Below are positions 13,373 through 26,390 of a stretch of DNA of 64,000 nt, piece by piece. The notes under the pieces are model-generated. The model made no database searches, had not been told where the DNA came from, and was given only the letters and a program-made list of their open reading frames with translations. A program made the position numbers and the translations under genes. The number at the start of each line of letters is the position of its first letter. Positions within the stretch are counted from its first letter, which is position 1. The stretch is from Amoeboaphelidium protococcarum X5 (lineage: Eukaryota; Fungi; Aphelidiomycota), in NCBI GenBank assembly GCA_023515725.1, contig JALDTO010000146.1, positions 372,001-436,000 on the forward strand, given 5' to 3'.

Positions 13373-16300
13373 ATGTCTGATATTGAATCTGATGTTGTGG
13401 TTTAAGAAGACTAGTCGGTCAAGAGGCCTGGAGATGGCATCAAACAGCCAGCTAATAAGAAATATTCATTGTAATCGCTGCGTAATTAAGCCATTAGTAA
13501 TATCGAATAGGCGACAAAGCAGTAGTAGTTCTCTTTGAAATCTCCATTATCAGATGATGGGGATGATGATAAGTTGAACCCAATGATTGCTTCTGGTATG
13601 TCTTCCGATTCTCCGATATTGAGTAAGATGCCCACTTCTCCTATGAGTCCATCTTCCCTGTCTGATTCCATTGGAGCTGCTGTTACTGATGAATCTGCAT
13701 CTTCTGCCTCTCATCATGATAATGAATCTAATGTCAATGCAGATAATGATGCTGATGATGAAAGCAGTAAAGCAACGTTTGCAGATCTTCCGGTGAAATC
13801 AGTTCAGCCATTGTCTCATCTGACTTCTGCTCGTCCTACTAAGGTTAAAGTAGGTAAGCCGTCTTCCTCTGCTATAAGATCCAATTTGGCTGAATCTCAG
13901 TCTGCTCCTGTTAGTGCAAGCGAAAAGGATACTGTGAAAGAGAAGGTTGTTGATGGGGATGGGGATGGCGAGCAAGAGTCCTCGTCTGCGAACTCTACAC
14001 AATCTTCTCCATCCAAAAAGACGTTTGGTGGTTTTAAGCTTGTTGGCTTGGGAGCTGGCAAAGAGTTGAAAAAGACTACGACTCCATCATCTGCTCCATC
14101 AGGCGGTACTAGTGTGTCAAATGGTGCCAGTGATAAACCTAGCGGTGATTAGGTTGAGTTTTTGGACTTTCGTAGCAAGTTAAAGCCAACTTCATCATCA
14201 GCTGTGGCGGCTAAGAAAGACACTGACGACAAGGATACATCAGGGAAATTTTTATCGAAAGAAATTGATAAAGAATCTGGCTTCGTAAAGAGTAAGATTG
14301 ATCAGTAATAGAAGGAGAGTGAGAAGGCTGCAAAGATTCCGCAATTACCTCCTTCTAGAGTGAATCCTGTTAGCAAAATCAATCCAGCTGCTCCTTTCAA
14401 GGCAGGAACAGAAATGCCTATTCCGGTCACTACACCCCAACGTCAGGTTGAGGTAGTTTATTAGCTAAAGAAAACTGAGCCGGCGGTCGCATCATCGAAG
14501 GTTTTATCAAATGTTTAAGCTCCTATTAGACGCGAATCTGCTGCATCTAAGCAAGACTCAGGATCATCTGCAGATCTGAGTGCTTTGAGAGCAAAGTTGA
14601 AGAATGTTTCTTCTAATAGTAGAAGTCCATCGAAGGACAGTCTGTCTGGATCTTCATCTGATTTAGCTGAAATGAGAAGCAGGTTGAAGTCTCAGACTTC
14701 TGGAACATCCACTTCATCTGCTCAAAAGACTACACCACAATCAAGTAATGTTCCAGAGTTCTTGGCAATGAGAAATAAGCTTAAGAGTTCCGGAGCTGGT
14801 GGGAATGCTAGTGTCGCGACTTTGTCATAGAATGCCTCCACAAGTGATGTAACTGCTTCTTATGCCTCTTTGAGTCTGTCTTAACCGGCGCAAAGTACAA
14901 CCAAAGGATAGTATAGTAGATTTGGCAGTGGACTAAATTCAAGTTTAGGCAGTAGCTCTGGTAGAACTTCTCCTGATAAACCGCAATCAACGTACACATA
15001 TAAGGCGCCTACTTTGACTGCATCGGCATCAAATCAAGATTTTAAGTCTGTGTAGCTTCGCGGGTCCAAGAATGACACTTTTGTAAACGCCGCAGGTGGC
15101 TCGATTCGCCCTAAAGTTCCATTGTTGATGGTTGTGAAAGGGAAAAAGAAAGTCTCATTGTAAGTTCTACCGCTGCAGCTAAAGTCACTGAATCAAACTG
15201 ACGCTTTCATCTTGGACATGTCACCGGCTCATCAACTGGGCTCAAACTTGAAAGAAGATCCGGAGAGACCATTGTTTAGACTTTTGTTTGTGCTCTCTGG
15301 TGAGAAAACGTCTCGCGTTAGAAGAACTAAAGCCATTGAATTGGCCAATTTGGTCAAAGACAAGGATTATGGAGGTAGAGCGGAGATTACGTTAGTTGAA
15401 ATGCAGAACATTAAAGAGAGAACTGTGCAAGAGAAGGAGTTTATATTCTGGTAGACAGTGGCGTAGTAGTAGTCTTTGCCTAGTAAAAATGATATTGTCA
15501 ATCAGATTAAAGATTTAAGTGTCTCATCAAATGAGGATGATGTGCAATTTGAAACTAATTTGAATGATCATATATCTGCGTATAAATGGTTAAATGATAA
15601 TGCGCAGAAAGTTGTATCCAGCGGAAAAGAGCTGAAGCATTCAATCTTGAACAGTGGCGATGTGGTTATAGTTGACTGTGCGTCTGAGATTTATGTTTGG
15701 TCTGGTAGAAATGCGAATGAACAAGACAAGTCTGGCGCTATGAAATTTGCAGAGGATCTTGCTTCCAAGAAATCTGGATTTAAGCCGTAGGTACTTTTGG
15801 AAGGCGAGCGTTTTGAGAGAGTAATGTTCAAGTCCAAGTTTGAGGATTGGCCTACTATTAAGGAGGTTAATGTCGGCAATGTGTTGGAAGTTAAAGCAAT
15901 GAGTAATATCAAAGCGAAGGATAAGGAGTGGCGTGTTTATGATAGAGGAGCTGATGTCAAGAAGTCCAACACTGTTGATATTATGCAAATGTACGACAAG
16001 TATAGTAGTGCAAACTTGGCTATTGTTAAGAATACTGAGGCTCTGGATATTGATTCGTCGGAGTTGATTAAAAGAGATTGGGGATTCAGTCGTCTAAGAG
16101 TTTGGGGCTTCAAAGATGTGGGCAATCAAGATGTGACAAAATAGAAGTTGGTTCAGGTTGACAAGAAGATGCTAACCTCAATGGAGAGACAATATTCTGA
16201 GAGTAAGCCATTTGTCTTTAATAGTCGAGAGTGCTATATCATGTTGTATGAATTCAAGGAGAGGCCGCCCAAGATGGCTGATAAAGTGCTAGCTGAGAAA

Positions 16301-17713
16301 ATCAAGATCAATAAAGAAGATATTATCGAATCTATGCGTGATAGTGCTGTTCTTTATACATGGGCAGGTTAAGATAGTTCAGTGTCTGATCAGGCTTTTA
16401 TGGCTCACATCTCATTGGAGGTTGAGAAAATGACCCATGATGGTAGATTGGATGTTCTGGCCAAGGCTAGACATATTCGAGTTAATGATGGCAAGGAGCC
16501 GGTTCATTTCCTTAATATGATTAGAGGTGGTAATATTCCTAGAGATTAGCCTCAGCGTATCTAGGATATGCTTCCTAAAGCCGCAGTTGCTCCTTCACCC
16601 ACAGTCATTGTTGAAAGAGAGTCGAATATTTCTTCCCCTATACGTGTATTCCATTCTGTTAGCACAATGGAAGATAATTGCCGTGTCGTTGAACTGTATA
16701 AGCCGGATGCAAATATGCTCTCATCCCTGCACTCTTTTGTAGTTTTGACCCAGAGTAAAGCTTATGTATGGTATGGTAAAGGAAGTTTTGAATGGGAGAG
16801 AAAGGCAGCTCAAAATGCTGCTAAATCATTGGCTAATGGTAGAGGATTGTCTGTCGTTGAGTGTGATGAGGCTAGTGAGCCATCTGATTTTTGGAAGTCT
16901 TTCAATCTGAACTCTGGCGCCAGTGCAGGATATGACTCTTCATCTACTTATAGCTCTAGGAAGAATCTGAAGACTTATTTTCCTTTTGCTCCTGAAGACG
17001 CCTTGTCTATGGCATCAACAGTAAACTCTGCTGATGGGGCACCGTATGACTCAAGACTGTGGAAGATCAATTATTTTGTGAATGGAAATCCGACGGCGAC
17101 CGAAATCTGTCCTTATGCAACAACTGATCTACAAGAAGACTGTGTATACATCATGGACACCTACTTTCACTTATTTGTATGGATTGGAGCACAGGTTGGT
17201 AGAAAGAACGTGGCTCAAAGTCCTCTAGGTGATAGTAGCGGTAAGAAGGCTGGATTAGATGTCGCCGCGTCAAAGAACACTGCATCCGGATTCAGAGATA
17301 TCAGATTGGCGATTGAGACTGCACAAAAGTATGCAGAGTATGTTGGAGGTAGAGAAGATGGCAGGCTTAGTGATAAGAATTCGTATGTGTTGCAGAGTGG
17401 TGCAGAGACTGGCGCGTTTAAAGTCTAATTTGGAGCTTGGCAAGAGTAACCACGCAATTCTGACAATTGGCCATCGGGTTTAACTCTGCGTGAAGCCGTG
17501 CAGTATATCAATGAGAAGAAGTATTCGCTGACAGAAATCAAAGGCTTTGTAAGCGATAAAGCTACTCTGCCGTTCGGAGTTGATTTAGAGAAATTAGAAT
17601 CTTATGTGAATGCATATGATTTTGAGAAGGTTTTTGGTATGTCTTACGACAAGTACTCCTCCTTGCCTCAATGGAAGTAGACTGAACTGAAGAAAAAAAG
17701 TGGTTTATATTGA
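13373..17713 (+). CDS. Villin/supervillin-family actin-binding protein: long disordered N-terminus, gelsolin repeats, C-terminal headpiece, 1446 aa
   Basis: Gelsolin motifs (LNQTDAFILD, LNSGDVVIVD..IYVWSG, FNSRECYI, AYVWYGKGS, DCVYIMD..LFVWIG); headpiece FEKVFGM..YSSLPQWKQTELKKKSGLY. Confidence 0.9.
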
Positions 17714-17925
17714 GGTATGAATGCAGTACATACGAGATAGTTTAGTAATGATGTTTGTTGAATAATAATGATAAATGATTATAAATGAGGATTAATTTAG
17801 TTTTTGTTCAGTCTAGAAAACCTGATACATCATACCATATATAGACAACGAAGTTGCATACATCAATAGTCAACATAACAAGACATTGAAAATACACCAT
17901 CTATAAATCTATTTTAAAGAGAACG

Positions 17926-19245
17926 TCAATCTATGGGGAATACTTGTCTGAGATTAATGTTAATACGAACATTCTAAAGGTACTCTCGAAGAAGGCATCT
18001 TAATGGTGTAGCATTAGACGCGAATAGATCTGGCGGAAAAGACTGCTCAAGTATCCTCGGCACGCCATGGTGAGCTCTACGAGCCTCTGCACTCATAAAC
18101 AGAACATCTCCACTCTCCAGTTTGATCGCCACCGGCAGGGGTCCTTGGTGACCATTCATGGTGCATTGCGGATCGGTGCTAATGAGAAATATACACGCAT
18201 TACCAAAGCTGTATGAGATGAGCGGACTCTCCATATTAATTTCACTACGGTCCACATGAGCAGTCAGGGAGTCTTTTACTCCATAATAGTTTATAATACC
18301 AGCCTCGGCTTTCCACCGGCTGGCTCTATCTTAAGACCAGCTATCATGAACTATCGGCTCTTGAGCGGCTTCGCAATTACTATTACTCTGAGATGACTTG
18401 GCAGTAAGTATGGATGAGTATCCTTATGACTATCGCTGCAGTCTGCGCTATTCATAAACTTCAGGCTTCTCTTCAGCGAGGCCCAGCTCTGCACCAATTT
18501 GACCTCGTATAACGCGTAAATGGGGTGCTATCAGTTGAACCAATCGAAAGGACACCTACTACAGCACATGATCTATTTCCATTACATTCACATTATCCAC
18601 ATCTTCATACAGCTTGGTGAACCAATTATATCTGAGTCGCATAGTGCACCATCGAAGCCTTTTAAGAAGATCTGACGGCCGTTTAGGTGACGCGTCTTTC
18701 AACGGTGATACTTCATAACCAACAGTCTTAAGTACTTGTTCAGTATTAGACAAATCTTTAACACCAATCTCTACAGGAGTATCATTATCTGGCGACATTT
18801 ATTGCTCAGCATACAGCTAGAATATGCTCTTATCTGATGGCATCTGGTAGTGGATATCAAGATTAGTCATATTAGTATGGCGAGTCTGTTCCATCAGGCA
18901 TTTCTCAATCATCTACTCTTAAAATTAGATGTTCATTGCATTCCTGATTATAGTCAGACCAGGTACACTTTTAAATTGATAAGCTTCTAGCTATATAGTA
19001 TCAGGCGATGTATTTAAATATTGAGCTAATGTCTAATTATCAGCGTCGATAGGTTCATTGAGCTAAATCTTGACAATTTCCATAGAGTCAATATATGACT
19101 AATCAACACCACCCAAATCAATAACAGCGGACATGTCCAATGGTTACTATCGCTATTTATACAGTCTCTCTGCACGTCTAAATGGCGAGTCATTGCTCGT
19201 TCTCTTGGATCTATCGCAGGTATTGCTCTACTCTTTACAAGTCAT
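17926..19245 (-). CDS. ALKBH1: AlkB homolog 1 Fe(II)/2OG dioxygenase, 439 aa
   Basis: SPFRRAERLYK, LRWCTM..YNW, EAGIINYY, LTAHVDRSE, LESGDVLFMS, HHGVPRI, RININLRQV. Confidence 0.9.
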
Positions 19246-19375
19246 TTTTACGCGTCACTATTTATTAGAATCGGATGGATTTTAGATAAAGAGGATAGTG
19301 CGAAATTTGTTATAAATCATATAAAATACTAATTTTCATTGGAATAAATAAATAAAGTACTGATGAAAGTAACTT

Positions 19376-20653
19376 TCAACATCCGCAGCCTTTGCTCCTG
19401 ACAGCGGTGAAGAGAGAACTTCCACTGCTGCTCTTGTGCAAAGTTAATCTGCCGTTGTCATCAGTAAGAACAGCCATACCTTGATACTTACGATTCAGCC
19501 ATCTCACAGCCCAATTCTGAAAGGTGGATCCAAGACTCAGGCCAAGAATGACAGCGATGAATAAGCCAACATTAAAAGTCATTGCAATGAGCATCAGTCC
19601 GTAAGACAGCGTAGTCTCCACCACACTGAGACAAAAGTTGATAAGATCGTCCATCGCACTTTAGGTAATCGTCACTCGACTATTTCCAATGTCTTCACCG
19701 TCAATATCTCCATTATTACTTATTAGAGGAGAAAACTCGCCAGAATACTTATCTGAATCATTTTGCAATTAATTTAATGCGGAGCGATACTCTAGAAAAG
19801 ATCTTACAATAGGAATCAAATCTGTGAGTATACCAAGCAGCAAAATAGCCACAAAACTGAGCCAGTATGTAGCAGATGAACGCGGTGTCCAAGCTTTGAA
19901 CAATATAATCTCAGTCTCACCAAAATGGAAATACATTCTCATTGGAGGATAATAGACGGGAGCATCAGCGAATGGATCATCATCACCTCCATCGTGACCA
20001 CCACCACCACCATTACTACTTCCACATACTCCCGCCACTTACCTCAACTTCGAATCTGAAGAACATTGAATCTCATTGTAGTATCTACACCCAGCCATAG
20101 TGTCCATATCTCTACACAAGCGACCATACACTGTAAGAAGATCACATCCACGTCGCGGTCCAGTGAAAATATTGCACTTTTTATTACTCACCATAGCACA
20201 GTCTTCCATATGACCATCAGCGCAAATGTCCTTCACATACTTTTAAATCAGATGCGTTGAAGGAAGGCGGGAAGAGCTAGCGTAGTACTTGCATTGCTGT
20301 ACGGCAGATGTCTTGGCACACAGCTTGTTATAGCTGGCACATCCCTTCATGCCCGCCATATTATCGCTGACACAAATTTCATTTAATAGAGACATTGGAT
20401 GACAAATATCCAAATTATCTCCGCCTCCATAACTATTACCATTACTACTAGCGATGCAATACTTTCTCAGTGAACAGCCAGGCATCCATCCCATAGCATT
20501 GCACAAATTATCAAGATCTGCATTCGCTCTGTCCAGCGGATACTCGTAGAATTTACATTCTTCGCTCTCAGGTTAATTAATGCAGTCAGCGTTAATTTAA
20601 GCTAAGCTTGACACAATAAATACGCACACTACACCGACAGTATTGATGATCAT
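19376..20653 (-). CDS. Ctr/SLC31 copper transporter with signal peptide and Cys/Met-rich ectodomain repeats (Dictyostelium p80-like), 425 aa
   Basis: MRMYFHFG..ILFKAW and YGLMLIAMTFNVGLFIAVILG (MxxxM); repeats such as LC..M..MPGC and IC...M.GMKGC..Y..LC. Confidence 0.9.
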
Positions 20654-21011
20654 TGTGATAAATGCTTGAAAAATTACTGTAAAAGCGCGATGTTTTAGAA
20701 GACAGAAAGGAAATTCTAAACGATGAGGTGATTGGTTGAAGTTTCGTCGTTGATCGCAACGAGACTCGCGCAGTTATTAGGTGAGTACTTTAGAATGGAC
20801 GCGGCATTAGTGGTACTATCAGAGTTGGAATACTTTACTCCCTTTAATTCATAATTAATTGCATGTAAAGCTACATAAGTGTGACCCTTGTTATATGTTT
20901 CAGACAAATACGCCATTCACACATATTCAATTCTTTCCATTTAACAGTGCAATCAAACATCGAATAACTTACTACTGTACTTGAGACAAGGTTGATCTAT
21001 CACACAAAATT

Positions 21012-22805
21012 ATGGCTAGATCTTTGTATAATCATGTATCATATTCTCTGAAAGGAAAAAAACTTTATCTGGTTGTAGCCGTAATATTCATCATTTTCAA
21101 TGGACTATCCACCTTGGTTCTGTAAAGATAAAAGTAGCCATTACCGGTAAATGATCAATTATTGTACGACGACGAAGAAGAATTCGACTTTGGCAGTGGC
21201 TTCGACGCTGTAGAAATTGATGGAACTGTTTCGGAGATTCTCGGTGCTGAAGATGTAAAGAGTCAGAAGACAGCGGTAAATGATGATACCGAATCGATAG
21301 TGTAAAACAATCTGGGTATCAAAGACTAGATGCTAAGTTGCACAGAGATGATTGCGAAATTTCCCATTACTTATGCTCGTAACTATACATCATAGCCGGT
21401 GACTATTCAGACAGGCTCTTACTCGACTCCTCAATGTTCCATTCCTTGTGTACACACTCCTCAGCCGTTTCATGATCCCGATGCATAGATGAATGTGGAC
21501 ATATCCCAGACCATGGAATCATCAGTGTACTACCCAAACACTCACCCGAAAGCTGTGCATGAGCGAGGTATTCGTGTAGCAATGACTCCACGTCTGGACA
21601 GTGATGTCCCGGTGGGCTATTTCTCCTATGCAGAGTATCAGTTCATGAAACCGATTGACGACGCTGTGCTTCAGAAACGACTGGCGGCGCTGAAACAATA
21701 CGCAGAATCTCTCAAACGGCGAAGTGATGGTAATCAGCAGTCACCTGTAGATTTATCACCTCTGGCTGTGGCTGTAATATCAAATTGTGCGGCTAATACT
21801 TTCCGACTTGAGGCTGTTAATAAGCTCATTCAACTTGGCGTTCCTGTCTCTACGTATGGTCGCTGTTTTCCGCAGTCTCCCAGCCTACCAAGTGACTGGC
21901 AGTCAAAGATGAATGTTTTGGAATAGACGCCATTCACGCTGGCATTTGAAAACTCTTTTGAAGATGATTATGTCACTGAGAAGTATTTGCAGGCCATTGT
22001 CGCTGGTTCTGTTCCCATTGTCATTGGAGCTAACAATATTATGGACTTTGATCCCATTGATGAACCTCTTACTCTCAGGGTTGATCAAGATATTGATGAA
22101 TAAGATTAACAGGATTATACTCAGATTCTAGGTGGCGGGCTTATTCGTATACCATCGCTTGATGCACTGCCCAAAGTGGTGAAATTGATCCAATATTTAG
22201 CAAAGATTCCTGATATATACATGTAAATGATAAAATATAAATAGACTGGACTTGGACGTAAATTCGCGGCATTGGTTGATATGGCAGTCGTACATTCTGA
22301 GTGTAGACTGTGCATTCATCTGGCAACTCAAGACAGTCATAAAATTATTACGAAATCTCTGGACTCTGAATAGTCATCTTAGACGGCGAACTAATGCCGT
22401 TAAAATGGGTAAGTGTAAAGGCTAATTATGATTCGCGAGCGTGGAAGATTTTATTATCACAATCTATTGGTACCGTCGGATTAAAATGTCATTTCAGTTG
22501 ATGAATTCTATGGGATCGTTTTGAAGCTTTTTGGATCTCTGGGAGTACAAAGCAAATTTTATAAAGGTATTGATGTTGTTAAGACTACTTCTTAGTCTGC
22601 AGGTGAATTATACACGCCGATATGGGATGGACACCGTTTAGATTTTTTTAAATCTGCGCGTAATCTAAAGATTCATCGCATCTATCCTGTTGACATTACG
22701 CAGAGAGAGGCGCTGTATGGTGATTAAGTGATAGATTCTGATTCAAAAGTAAGAAGATTGATAGAATAGAAAGGTATAGTTAGATTAGAAGTGATATTTG
22801 TATGA
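21012..22805 (+). CDS. GT10 alpha-1,3-fucosyltransferase, plant core FucT-like type II membrane protein, 597 aa
   Basis: N-terminal TM; [15 protein letters not shown]; [27 protein letters not shown]; [22 protein letters not shown]; IRERGRF; [15 protein letters not shown]; LEVIFV-stop. Confidence 0.9.
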
Positions 22806-22867
22806 TGATTATATGATGTATAATATGATATTAAATAGATAGATGTTCTCTGTATTCATAAAGAGTC

Positions 22868-25612
22868 TCACTTTCTCTTGCGCTTTGTCTCACGCTCCTT
22901 TCTCTTTACAGCCTTCAACTCCTTCTTCATGCGCGGATCAACCATCTTATAACGGCCTTTCACTCCAGATGGACGGCCCTTCTTACCTCTATTATTTCCT
23001 TTGGCAACCACAAGCTCAACCTTGCGCTTCTGAGACTCTTTAGACTTCCTTGCCGCATTGCGAAGCATTTTCTACATCTCTGAGAGCTTTGTGGCCATCT
23101 CTGGATCATATCCGGATTGGGCGGCACTTTTGCTGCTGTCGTTGAGATCATCGTCCAGCATGGCATTCATCTTCTATTTCAGTTTGTCCAGCTTCTTCAT
23201 AGACTTGTACTTCTTGCGTGCTTTGGCCTCAGCCACCTTCTTAATTGGCTTTTGATTAAGAGCTTTTTAACGATCCTTATAGATCTGTACGGCCTCTTTA
23301 GTGACATCTTGATGCCTGACTGGCTGATTAAATCTCAACTCATCGTCCTTGAACCAAGATGGAAGACTATCATCATCCAGACCGAAATTAGAGTACCTGG
23401 TGTAACCATAGTCCTCCAGCACGTCCTCCTTCTTTCTGCCACCATCCTGGATCATTTCCATAGCGATTTAAACAGCTTACGGAGAGTCCAAGATCTTTCT
23501 AATCTACTCAGCTTTCTTTTCCCTTTCTCTCACCTTCAATTCTTCTTAATCTAGATCTTCTTCTTCAACGTCTGACAACTCTTACTCCATCTAAGAGGAT
23601 TACACGCCTTTACCCTTCTTTAACTTGGAGCTAGATGCAGTTTCTTCTTCTAGTACCTCGGGCTCGGATTCAGACTAGTCTATATCAGCATCATCAAAAA
23701 TTGAGTTCTTAAAGAACATACTTGCATTCTTCTCCTTGATGAGATCAGATTTAGTCTTCACTACAGGCTAAACTGCTTCTTTCTCAACCACAAACTCATC
23801 CAAGAAATCCTCAGACAACTCACCAGACAGCGAAGCTTCAGATTCAGATTCGATGGAAGCATTGTCATCATCATCATCAGATTCAGAGCCTTTAAATTCT
23901 GTAAACTCTTCTTCTTATGCGCGCTTCTTTTTAATCAGCAACTTGGGATCTTTAGCAATCTACTTTTACATATATTCATCATACATGTTATCCAAATTGG
24001 CTTCAATCTCATTCAATCTGTCATAGTCGCTATCTGAATCATTGCCATCACCAGCATCAGATTGCCCTGAAAGACCATAAGCACCATCCACCTCCTCATC
24101 TGAAGAATAATCTTCATCAACTTCATCGGTCTTTACAAACTCTTGAGGAACCTTCTTCAAGTCTTTCATCTGGCGCAAGTCGAACAGTGAACTACTTTGA
24201 GGCTCTGCACCATCCAGGTTGAACTCATCGGCAAACGCCAGGCTGTCGTTCGCTGCATCTAATGCAATATCCTAAGGAGTAATCATGTTCAACTGAATAC
24301 GACGCCTATCCTTGGCCAACTTCTCCAATCTCTTCTTCTTCTTTCTCTTCTCACTCACAATCTCTTTAGCCACCATTTCCTCCAATGCTTCAATCTCGGT
24401 GATCTCCTACTTTAACTCATCGCTGTTATTAATTTCAGCGGATTCTTTAACCTCGTCTTAATCCACCGCTTCCACCTATTACTATAATTAGGACAGCAGT
24501 AATGCGCGAATATTCTTACGCCACTTCAACAAGTGTCTATACTCCTTACGCCCCAATACTTTCAAATCAGCACAACAAGATTGAATTTCAGGCGTAGTCA
24601 GAGGATTAATCAGAACTTTTGATAGAGCAATAGCAGACTAATGATCCTCCTCATCGTCATCATCATCAGCGGCAACAATTTTATCCGCCTACTCTTCAAA
24701 AGACAATTAATTGTAAGAAGCCAGAATCTACACAGCCTCAGAATCCTTCTTACAATTCAGAAAATCCAACACTGACGTCTTTTTGAATAACAACTAATTA
24801 CCATCTTCATAACCTTCTCTCTTACGCTTCTTATCATTCTTCACTGGATTCATTAATTCATCCATGGCAGATTTTGTGCTCAGAAGCGGTTACGCCTTAT
24901 CGCCACCATCAAGCGACTGATCCTTCTATGCATCTTCATTGGCAGCATCATCCACCTCCTGGAAAACATACTTGGGATCCAATAGTCTGGCATCAATCTT
25001 CTTGGGTGCAAGAAAACCGCGACAGACAACGAACAACTCGGCGGACACGTTACGCGAAGACGGAGGTTTAGTGGCCTCAACCTTATCGAAAAACTAACCC
25101 AAAATCCACAGCAACTTGTTGTAATCTCTACTTCTAAACACCTTGGTCACAAACGTACCACCTTTAGTCAGAATATCAGTGGCGAGCTTCAGGGCACACA
25201 GAACCAACACGCTCTAATCATACGCGTCCTGGATCCAAGAGGAGCCGACATTTGGCGCACCGTCGTGAAGAACAACATCAGCTTTCCACGTTTTCAAATC
25301 TTTCTAAATAGTGGACTGACACGATGCCGTGGTGATATCTTCTGTATGGGTAATTACGCGCGGAATAGGCTTGATAGGCACGAGATCCACACCGATGATG
25401 ATAGAGCTGACAGGCATATACTTACTGGCCACTTACAGCCATGAACCAGGACTGGCACAGAGATCAACCAACACACGTGCCTTCTCCAGAAATCCATACT
25501 TCTTGTTCAACTGTATCAGTTTAAAAGCCGAACGCGCTCTGTATCCCTGACTCTTGGCCAAGTGATAATACTTGTCTAATCTTCCCTTACCAACTTTTTT
25601 ATCCTTTCCCAT
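22868..25612 (-). CDS. SPB1: AdoMet-dependent pre-rRNA 2'-O-methyltransferase Spb1/FTSJ3, 914 aa
   Basis: [78 protein letters not shown]. Confidence 0.97.
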
Positions 25613-25819
25613 ACTTGTGGATAGATTATTACTAAAACTTGATTAATTAAGATTGAAAAGAGCTCAAAGAGATGATGGTACAATTTGACGACTTTTCACT
25701 TGAAGTCAAGAAGTCAAACGCGTTTGTCAAATCGTAAGTGGACTAACTACTGTATACTGACTGAGCAGTCTCAACAGAAACAATTTCTCATACACAAGAA
25801 CTAAGTAAAAAAATAATAT

Positions 25820-26119
25820 TCATTCATCAGAGTCATAATAATTCTTTTTTAAATGTCTGTATTTCCGTAGTTTGTGCATAGCCTCAATCTCCCTGATAAT
25901 GTACTCACCCAGCTCTATCTTCTTCTAAATATCGCCCTGATCAGTCATGGCGGCGTTGGCTCGGAATTGCTTTCGCACTCTCTACCGAAGAACTTCGGAC
26001 TGTGGTGTTCTCATTTCAATCTAAGGTTACTGAAACATTTAAGCATCAAACGGTTCCGGATACTCTCTCACTGCATATAATAGCCGCTTATACAAATTCA
26101 AAACATTTTACCGAGACAT
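25820..26119 (-). CDS. ETFRF1: LYR-motif protein, ETF regulatory factor LYRM5/ETFRF1-like, 99 aa
   Basis: VLNLYKRLLYAVREYP...VRKQFRAN...IELGEYIIREIEAMHKLRKYRHLKKNYY; absent from the ORF track. Confidence 0.85.
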
Positions 26120-26390
26120 ATTCAATCCTCTTAGTTACTAAAGAGTGGATGTTTACCGTCAATTACAGAATTAAAAAGATTAAATAACGTTTCAAGAGGT
26201 GAGAAACGAAAAGAATGATGCGAAACCAAAGCAACGTTTACAACAGGTGAAAGAGAATAGGTAATACTGTGATGAACAAAATTCTTCATATTTAACATTA
26301 CTATGACATGATTACATCCATCGGAGCTTAATCATTTTTAAGGATATTTCAAATAATGTAACTAAAAGTCAGCTATACTCAAACAGATAT

